Positions 24,845-33,310 of a stretch of DNA of 33,310 nt are shown one piece after another; position 1 is the first letter of the stretch; each line of letters opens with the position of its first letter. The position numbers and the translations under genes are program-made. The DNA comes from Tubiluchus corallicola. Taxonomy: Eukaryota; Animalia; Priapulida. The notes under the pieces were generated by a model, which was given only the letters and a program-made list of their open reading frames with translations, had not been told where the DNA came from and made no database searches. The stretch spans positions 1 through 33,310 of the forward strand of contig JAQGDQ010001593.1 in assembly GCA_030141605.1 (NCBI GenBank), written 5' to 3'.

Positions 24845-25048
24845 GATCCAGAATGGGAACCGACATCCGTCGCCGCTACGACAAAAACTAGCAGCGCAGA
24901 ATACGAAAATCCAGAACCTCTTAAAGAAGCAGAAGAATTGGACGAAACTCCTAGTCGAACGAGACAATCTTACGCAGCAGCGATGCACAAACCGCATGCA
25001 ATGCCACCTCCAGAACCCATGGATACTATTGGAGAGTCGGAAAGCTAG
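24845..25048 (+). CDS. IgSF receptor gene B, terminal cytoplasmic exon
   Basis: tttccag acceptor; DPEWEPTSVAATTKTSSAEYENPEPLKEAEELDETPSRTRQSYAAAMHKPHAMPPPEPMDTIGESES*; the eight gene B exons sum to 1353 nt = 450 aa plus stop. Confidence 0.93.
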   Translation, partial: DPEWEPTSVAATTKTSSAEYENPEPLKEAEELDETPSRTRQSYAAAMHKPHAMPPPEPMDTIGESES

Positions 25049-25769
25049 AAGATGAAGCCAAAACATCAGATTTTTTTTATTAAACGCTCGTTTTCTTAGT
25101 CGTACTGAATGGCATTAATAATAGGCAGTGTGTGTGGTTTGAAGAAACCAAAAAACTTGAAATTTAGTTTTAAGATTTTATTCTAAAGTGTCTACATAAA
25201 CAGCAAAGTAGTGTCATATTGAAAAGCAGAAAACCAAGTGACCAAAACTACAGGCGAAATCATTTAGGTGTGAAAACAGGTTTAGAGATTATGCATTCAA
25301 AAAGACTGTAGAAGCCACTGAAAATTTAAACAGTAAAGAGGAAGATTTAACAATTTTAACGAGAACACCTGAAGGTGGCAGCACTATCCAAAACTCAAAA
25401 AAGTATGATGACAATACAACATAAATTTAAATTTAGAGTAATTAAAATGATTTTCTTCTGTACAGTGCGTCTTCATTTTAAAGAAGTTTAGTTGTTGATA
25501 ATATGACTTTTAAGCCTCTACTGTGATAATATTATAATATTATAATATGATAGTCTTGACATCTGCATTGTTTTAACGTTTTGCCTAGGTACCTTGTAAA
25601 ACATTAAGCGCTTTCGTTCAACAATACCACAAAATCTTAAAAGAAACCATTGAAATAAGAACTACGCAAATGTATTCAGGTGTTGATCGTGTATGTACAT
25701 GTACGTGAAAGTATTGACCTAGGGCATTCATAGGACTAGAATATGAGAAAGCTCTCCTGATACTTGTAA

Positions 25770-26030
25770 ACTCTGACATGAATAAAACATCGTATGTTCT
25801 TATAGTATCACAGTAGATTATTTATTTACTTCAGAAGCTTTTGCCCCAAAAGGCCTTATCAGCTGAACAGACTTATGCTACTAACTTGAGTCAGGCCTTG
25901 GTCTGAGCGTAAATACATTGGGACAAGTCTTTTCAGCCAGTGGGGCCCGTTAGGGCGAAAGCTCTTGCAAGAAATAAATAATTTATGTTGATACTATAAA
26001 GGACATTCAACGCTTTATTCATTTTAGAGC
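25770..26030. mobile_element. Degenerate foldback/MITE-like palindrome
   Basis: ATGAATAAA..TTATAGTATCA..ATTATTTATTT..AGACTT is mirrored by AAGTCT..AAATAAATAAT..TGATACTATAA..TTTATTCAT. Confidence 0.7.
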
Positions 26031-26229
26031 ATTCGTATTTAATATCGGTTGTCCATGAACTATTATCATTCCTACATTGTCTTAGGCTGTATAAGCTTAA
26101 AGTAGCAACTGAGTCTGTTACACAGAAACATCATTCATAAAACAGGTTTTTATCAAATTTGTTTCCAGTACTGCGTATTGTAACAGTGGATGGGTTTCGT
26201 TGTCATTGTACATATTTTACGTTGATTTC

Positions 26230-26520
26230 AGACTAGTGAGCTGTCTGTCGTGAGTGCAAACTCGCAAGTGTTAATTACTTTTTCAGTTACTGACCTTAAG
26301 AAATTCCAAACTTTCCGACAGTTTCTGCGGGTTGATTTACTGTTTTGTGTGAACCCTCTGCGAGTTACTCTCGACACTTAATAGTAAATTCATAACGATG
26401 AGGAAACAGAGTAACAGCCCGTGCTTACTTTAGCAGAGTAACTCGCAGAAAGTTTTGCTGTTTAGTCTGAAGACGCTTGCGAGTTACTTGGCATAAAACT
26501 CACCAGTCAGAACGCGCCTT
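26230..26520. mobile_element. Diverged inverted copy of the 30439-30875 MITE
   Basis: GAGTAACTCGCAG, TAGTCTGAAGACG and TGCGAGTTACTTG match the reverse complement of 30480-30530. Confidence 0.65.
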
Positions 26521-27609
26521 TACAATAATAACTTGATGCATAGAATAGTTAGCAAATGGACAGTCTTCTTCATTAGGACTAGGCAGCAAAATCGCTATCA
26601 ACATATGCATCGCAGTATGTTATGTTTGTATATATATGTGTACTGTTTTTATGCATCTAATACATTTACAAGGTTTAAGTTCTGTAATCAACTCTGTTGT
26701 TTCTAGTGTTGACTTAGATGAGTATTTACTATCATTTTTTTATTACATGTTAACTTTGCTTTAGATTTTAAGCTGATATAAGTAATTTAGAAACCATTTA
26801 GATACAGATCAGTGTATATCTGTAATAATTGCAATGAAAATACATGTTTTCTTAACATTCCTTTCTTTAGTATTTTGATGTATTCATTTTAATCTCTTCA
26901 TGACAGTAAACATTTGATGTATTTCGCAAGTGTTCATGAAAAACTGCCCTCACTAAAGCAGCTGTTACTTTATATTTGATAATTTTTTCAGGTTTGGATT
27001 TTTATGCGAAATTAACAGTTCTTTCGTTGATGCTTTGCTGCAATCATTTTAATGACGGTTTTTTGGCTAAAATATTAATGTGTTTGTTATCCAATTGTAG
27101 AGATACATTCGGAAATTATAATTACGGACCAAAAATTTGGTGATTTTAATGTTGGTTGACCTGCGTGAACGTGTTCAGTCCTGTTATAAGTTGATTCTGA
27201 TGGCAATTTGTAAAACTTCCTGTTTGCAAACTAAAACAATCGTTCTCATTCTCGTAGTCTCAAGCAGTAACTGATTTACTTGCTGGCTTAGCAGCACCAG
27301 TAGAATTTACAAGGTTTGTGTATTTGCCTGTTAAATCAAACTGGGTGTTTATTCTTATGGAGTATACAATTCCAGTTTGGAATGATAAATACAGGTACTT
27401 TTCACCTGTGCCTGATAGCTGCTAAAAATATATAGCTATTCCTACTCGGGCATCAGACGATAGTGAGTGAAGAACGACGTAATATACGTACAACGTAAAT
27501 CAGGGGAAGAAAAGTAAATGTTAAACTATGTCTCAAAAAAATTTCCACGCAAAGCTATGATACTTAGCATTTCGCTCACCTGTTGGAAAGACTTATGTAA
27601 CTAGAAATG

Positions 27610-27980
27610 TGACTAGCTCGAACTCGGTAACGCACTGGTACTCAGTAAACTCTCTGACTAGCTCAAACTCGGTAACGCACTGGTACTCAGTAAACTCTCT
27701 GACTAGCTCAAACTCGGTAACTCACTGGTACTCAGTAAACTCTCTGACTAGCTCAAACTCGGTAACGCACTGGCACTCAGTAAACTCTCTGACTAGCTCA
27801 AACTCGGTAACGCACTGGCACTCAGTAAACTCTCTGACTAGCTCAAACTCGGTAACGCACTGGCACTCAGTAAACTCTCTGACTAGCTCAAACTCGGTAA
27901 CGCACTGGCACTCAGTAAACTCTCTGACTAGCTCAAACTCGGTAACGCACTGGCAGCCACTCAGTAAACTCACTGACTAA
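27610..27980. repeat. 45-bp minisatellite, ~8 near-perfect copies
   Basis: Unit TGACTAGCTCAAACTCGGTAACGCACTGGCACTCAGTAAACTCTC. Confidence 0.96.
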
Positions 27981-28373
27981 CTCACATTTTGAATTTTGGC
28001 CGACGTAAATTCTTTAGCTTGGTTTCGTTTTTTGAAATTTATTACACACCAACAAAGAACACTTGCCAACTTTCGTTGACATCTTTACTTTTGACAGCTC
28101 ATCTTGGCCGCCATCTTCAATTTTGACAGACATTTAGTAAATTCCGCTTTGCTTGCCATATCTGAACGTAACGAATCTAGTTCGGTGAAACTCTTATACC
28201 ATGTTTAGTGGTATACTACATAACTCTCCTCTCTCTTCAATAAGAAAACACATTTATTAAAGCCAGGTACAAAGGTTATCTTTATGCAAAGTAAATGATC
28301 GTGTTTTAGTTTAAGTTGTGGTACAACGTGCAATTCAAGATTATGCTCTGAGTGCTAAAGATCATTTGTCACA

Positions 28374-28434
28374 ATGTTAAACGTGTATGGAAAACAACAC
28401 CACGTCTTATTCGTTTTTTGTTTATACTTAACAG
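28374..28434 (+). CDS. IgSF receptor gene C, signal-peptide exon
   Basis: MLNVYGKQHHVLFVFCLYLT(D) with an acag/gttggt donor; shares TTCGTTTTTTGTTTA...TTAACAG with the gene B leader; the ATG at 28387, homologous to B's, is out of frame. Confidence 0.72.
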
Positions 28435-28674
28435 GTTGGTAAATCAAAATTTAATGCTTCTATTTCAATTATATCTTAACATTGAAGTTATTATTACGCA
28501 ACCTTAAATTTAACAACCAAAAAAGAAATACTTTTTAATATGGTACTGCCTATTTAATACTGCACTTGTTTTTAAAATGTTTTATGTTTTTGTTACTTTG
28601 TATATGCTTTGGTTTACAAGTTTGAGAATAAATGTCTTTGTACTAGAATTTTTGGCGTTAAACCTTCAATCAGT

Positions 28675-29565
28675 TTCTACTGTACAACTGTTTAAGAAAC
28701 TCTTGAAGACACGCCTCTTTTAAAATTATTTTATAACTGTTGTTGCCACTGTACAACTGTTTAAGAAACTCTTGAAGACACATCTCTTCAAAAAATTATT
28801 ATAACTGTTGTTTCTACAGTACAACTGTTCAAGACACTCTTAAAGACACAAGCATATAAATAAAATAACACGCGAGTCAGATAATAGTAACTATTTAATC
28901 CAAAATTTAGTTTAACAACGGCACTTTATGACATTATCATTTTGAGACACGCAATCGCGATCAACTTTTAATTCAATTCAACTTTGATTTGTTACTTATC
29001 ATTACAATGGCGACAGTGGTGCTTTATTCGTATTCTAGATGCCTACTGCAAGCTCGTCGTGGTAGAACACCCAACTGACATCGTAATTCGACAAGGTGAA
29101 GATGGAATGTTAATCTGCAGGGTTCAGGAAGATGGAGAAGAACCAACAGTGAGTAACGAAAAACTAGTTTTTGTCCTCTTCTGATGCTTTGGTCCAACAA
29201 CCAGGACACTCCGTTGTCTCTGTTGGATGCAATTTCTACTGCATAACTGTTTAAGAAACATTTGAAGGCACATCTCTTTAAAAATTTATTATAACAGTTG
29301 TTTGTACTGTACAACTCTTTAAGAAACTCTTGAAGAAACACCTTTTTTTAAAAATTACTGAAGACATCTTTTTAAAAAATTATTATAGCTGTTGTTTCTA
29401 CATTAACGACTCTTTAACAAACGCGTAAAAACACATCCTTTAAAAAATTATTATAACCATTGTTTCTACTGTACAACTCTTTAAGAAATTCTTGAAGAAA
29501 CATCGTTTTAAAAATTATATTATAACTGTTGTTTCTGCTCTAATGACTCTTTAGGAAACTTCAAC
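28675..29565. repeat. ~68-bp degenerate repeat in two blocks (28675-28850, 29235-29565) flanking gene C exon D1a
   Basis: Unit CTGTACAACTGTTTAAGAAACTCTTGAAGACAC...AAAATTATT.ATAACTGTTGTT. Confidence 0.8.
29039..29148 (+). CDS. IgSF receptor gene C, exon D1a
   Basis: ttctag acceptor and gtgagt donor; (D)AYCKLVVVEHPTDIVIRQGEDGMLICRVQEDGEEPT. Confidence 0.92.
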
Positions 29566-29774
29566 AATGACCTGCCAACGTTTTACCGTAATCTCTTTGT
29601 TTGGGCGTTAATTTGTATATTTTGTGTGCAATTAACAAGTTTTAAAATTTTTAACTGTTTGGATTTTCCTAAGTATATAATTGTATTTGTGACATTTTTC
29701 CACACTTCACAACTGAAAGTAACTTATCTGAATGTAGGCTTTTTAACAAACTGAGTTCTATTATTTCTCACTAG

Positions 29775-29985
29775 CAAAGTGAATTACAATGGTATAAAGA
29801 TGGTGTTGCACTAGGTCCCTGGTTGGGCATGTATGAATACTATAACTATGAGGATGACAATCACGAAAATGGGAACTACAATATGAAAATAACATGTGCA
29901 CAACTTGGAAGAGATAATGGGTGGTTCCAAGTAAAAATAGCACCTCATCTAGAACAGTCAGACATAGCTAATGTCTATGTGGCAG
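29775..29985 (+). CDS. IgSF receptor gene C, exon D1b
   Basis: cactag acceptor and gtgaga donor; QSELQWYKDGVALGPWLGMYEYYNYEDDNHENGNYNMKITCAQLGRDNGWFQVKIAPHLEQSDIANVYVA; 52/70 identical to gene B. Confidence 0.92.
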
Positions 29986-30019
29986 GTGAGAGGATTACGA
30001 TTGTTAAGAAGTATTATTT

Positions 30020-30290
30020 TTTATTCATTCGTTTACTCATTTTTTCGCTCATTTAGTCATTCATTAGTTCACTCATTCATCCATTCATTCATTCATTATT
30101 CGTTCGTTTACTCATCGATTCGTACCTTGATCCATTCGCTCGTTCATTCATTCATTCATTCATTCATTCATTCATTCACTCTTTTAGTTATTTATTAATC
30201 CATTCACTCGTTCATTTATTTATTCACTCATTCATTTATTTATTTGCTTGTTCATTTCACTCGTTCATCATTCATTCATTCATTTATTTT
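30020..30290. repeat. (TTCA)n degenerate tetranucleotide repeat
   Basis: Direct reading. Confidence 0.9.
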
Positions 30291-30438
30291 GCATTGAATT
30301 GAATTGTGTAACAAAACACAGCAGAGATTGTGGGTAATTATAGTAAATGTGGATTGTGATTAAATGTTATCCACTAAATAATGAGAACGGCTGTAGACAG
30401 TCGATTTTTACTCATAATGGCACAAACAATGCTTGTTG

Positions 30439-30875
30439 TGCGTTCACACTAGCGAGTTTTCTTCTCACATAAACTTATCAAGTAACTCGCAGTCGTCTTC
30501 AGACTAGATAGCAAGAATTGCTGAGAGTTACTCTCTCGCATTGAAGACAAGCTGAAACTCCCTGCTCTACTCACTACGATAAACACGGGGAGTAACTCTT
30601 CGAGGCGTTCACACTAGACAGTAAATCAACTCGCAGTCATCTTCAGACTAGATAGCAAAACTTGATGCGAGTTACTCTCTCGCATTAAACACAAGCTGAA
30701 ACTCTCTTTTACTGCGATTAGCATAGAGAGTAACTCTTCGAAGCATTCACACCAGACAGTAAATCAGCTCGCAGCAACTGTCGAACAGTTTGCAATAACT
30801 CGCAAAACAGTTCACACTCGTGAGTTTGCTGTCAGACAGAAATCTCACAGCAGAAGACTCGTTAGTGTGGCCGCA
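30439..30875. mobile_element. MITE with TGCG..CACACTA.CGAGT termini (possibly PIF/Harbinger-like)
   Basis: TGCGTTCACACTAGCGAGT at 30439 versus ACTCGTTAGTGTGGCCGCA ending at 30875; internal ~140-bp duplication. The superfamily assignment is tentative. Confidence 0.7.
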
Positions 30876-31054
30876 TAATAATGGGCTATAGTAGAAAGAT
30901 TACAAGGTTCAAACATGAAAATAGGTGCAGAAAACGAAATATTCGTGCAATTAGTTTGATAGAAGGTTTAGCGTATCAATAATTTTCTTAAAATGCCTTC
31001 TAATGGACTAGAACAGTAAACTAGAATAATGAATTAATATCTCTGCACCAGTAA

Positions 31055-31178
31055 AGTCTAATGGTAACGTGTCCACTTTCCGCCTGGGAAGTCATGAGTT
31101 CAATACAGCGGATGGTCATAGCAAAGACTTTAGAAATGGTACCTGTTGTTGCCTGCCAGGCGTGTGGTATTTGGGTAG
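31055..31178 (+). mobile_element. tRNA-derived SINE fragment
   Basis: GGTAACGTGTCCACTTTCCGCCTGGGAAGTCATGAGTTCAATACAGCGG..GTCATAGCAAAGACTTTAGAAATGGTAC; same family as 5108-5232. Confidence 0.7.
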
Positions 31179-31221
31179 AAAATTTAGGGTAACTGTTTAT
31201 CTAAAACTCGGCTTGAGTCTC

Positions 31222-31231
31222 GTTGTTGTTG

Positions 31232-31294
<63 letters not shown>

Positions 31295-31987
31295 GTGTCA
31301 TCATCATAATCATCATCATCATCATCATCATCATCATTATTATCTGTTGTTAAACTGTTCACTGCTTTTCTTGCCAGAATAACTGTCGTCATAGAAAGTA
31401 CTTGCCTCTTTCACTCAGTGTTTTGACTGCTGCTGGCAATCACTTTACGAACTGCAGCCACTACTGCTGCTGGCAATCACTTAACGAACTGTAGCACTAC
31501 TGCTGCTGGCAATCACTTTACGAACTGTAGCCACTACTGCTGCTGGCAATCTCTTTACGAACTATAGCCACTACTGCTGCTGGCAATAACTTTACAAACT
31601 GTAGCCACTACTGCTGCTTTCAATCACTTTACGAACTGTAGCCACTACTGCTACTGACAATCACTTTACGGACTGTAGCACTACTGCTGCTGACAATCAC
31701 TTTACGGACTGTAGCATTACTGCTGCTGGAAATCACTTTACGGACTGTAGCACTACTGCTACTGACAATCACTTTACGGACTGTAGCACTACTGCTGCTG
31801 ACAATCACTTTACGGACTGTAGCATTACTGCTACTGACAGTCACTTTACGGACTGTAGCACTACTGATGCTGGCAATAACTTTACAAACTGTAGCCACTA
31901 CTGCTGCTGGCAATCACTTTACGAACTGTAGCCACTACTGCTACTGACAATCACTTTACGGACTGTAGCACTACTGATGCTGGCAAC
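31222..31987. repeat. (GTT)n(ATT)n(CAT)n microsatellite, a short unique spacer, then a 36/37-bp minisatellite (~15 copies, 31426-31987)
   Basis: Unit ACTGCTGCTGGCAATCACTTTACGAACTGTAGC(C)ACT. Confidence 0.93.
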
Positions 31988-32158
31988 TTTAGGATAACCA
32001 TTTTATACAAATGTTTTCCAACGTTTTCCAAATCTATGTTAAGTGTTTTTAGAACTAAACATTTTCTTTACAATTCGTATAATGAGCAACAGTGATTTTA
32101 ATAAACACGCTCGAAATTAAAAGCAATACTTAACTTGCTGCATCTCTTTGTTCTACAG

Positions 32159-32334
32159 AAGCATCAAGTGTTGGGATGACTGCAGGAATTGTCATTGGAT
32201 GTATTGTCGTTCTCGCCATCATTATCTCAGCACGCACTGGTCTTCTTGTGTTGAACAAAAAGCCCGAACCTGAGGACAAAGAGCGAGTTGTGCCCTACAA
32301 TGGAGAATCACACCTCAATGAAACTGTGAAAAAG
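32159..32334 (+). CDS. IgSF receptor gene C, transmembrane exon (gene incomplete at 3' end)
   Basis: ctacag acceptor and gtaaac donor; (E)ASSVGMTAGIVIGCIVVLAIIISARTGLLVLNKKPEPEDKERVVPYNGESHLNETVKK; paralogous to 23903-24072; phase compatible with exon D1b. Confidence 0.88.
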
Positions 32335-32397
32335 GTAAACGTATCAGAATTAAAGAACGAAAAGTGCGCTGCCTTCCTCTTTTGGCTTTTTCATACA

Positions 32398-32580
32398 CTC
32401 AGCATGTTGGGTTGATTTTACTGTTATCACTTAAACTGTTTGTGGTGTGCTAAAGGAAAGGACAAGTCACTCAGTATGTTGGGTTTATTTTACTCTTATC
32501 ACTTAAACTGTTTGTGGTGTGCTAAAGGAAAGAACAAGTGATTGAGCATGTTTGGTTTATTTCATTGTTATCACTTAAAC
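32398..32580. repeat. 72-bp tandem repeat, ~2.5 copies
   Basis: CTCAG(C/T)ATGTTGGGTT... at 32398 and 32470. Confidence 0.85.
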
Positions 32581-32654
32581 TTTGAAAAATATAACAAAGA
32601 AATTTGCAAAGAACTGCCTATAAAGCATAAATTTAAAATATATATACAAATATA

Positions 32655-33256
<602 letters not shown>

Positions 33257-33262
33257 CAAGCG

Positions 33263-33306
33263 AGCAATACGTAACTGAACGAAGTACAAAAGAATTACGT
33301 ATTGCT
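33263..33306. other. Oxford Nanopore ligation adapter remnant, back-to-back (technical)
   Basis: 33263-33288 AGCAATACGTAACTGAACGAAGTACA is a 26/26 match to the reverse complement of the ONT adapter; 33295-33306 TTACGTATTGCT is the forward adapter end. Confidence 0.95.
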
Positions 33307-33310
33307 ATAA

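Noticed and set aside
24729-25066. 108-aa and 101-aa ORFs overlapping gene B's last exon (and 10785-11024 over gene A's)
   Set aside because: Alternative or antisense frames; only the DPEWEP frame is conserved between paralogues.
33263-33306. 12-bp hairpin and ~33-bp similarity to the window start, suggesting element termini or circularity
   Set aside because: Explained by nanopore adapter sequence.

Overview
This is AT-rich, intron- and repeat-rich animal (probably invertebrate) genomic DNA, not prokaryotic. Manual exon reconstruction gives a head-to-tail cluster of three paralogous + strand genes for type-I transmembrane immunoglobulin-superfamily receptors. Gene A (883-10909) has three Ig domains, a TM segment and a Tyr/Pro-rich tail; its leader exon was not found. 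Gene B (17594-25048) is complete, with 8 exons and 450 aa. Gene C (28374->32334) has a leader and one Ig domain spliced straight to a TM exon carrying an Arg; its last exon is not in the window. All three N-terminal V-like domains lack the second canonical Cys. Distal domains are divergent, whereas the D3 exon of A and B lies in a ~97% identical tract and their tails are conserved. Between A and B lies a disrupted LRR/LRRCT/Thr-rich-stalk gene. The rest is LINE, SINE and MITE fragments, minisatellites and microsatellites, which explain most of the supplied ORF track. Both window ends carry Oxford Nanopore ligation-adapter remnants, so isolated indels and the terminal duplication need independent confirmation. 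All identities are hand counts and no database search was run.
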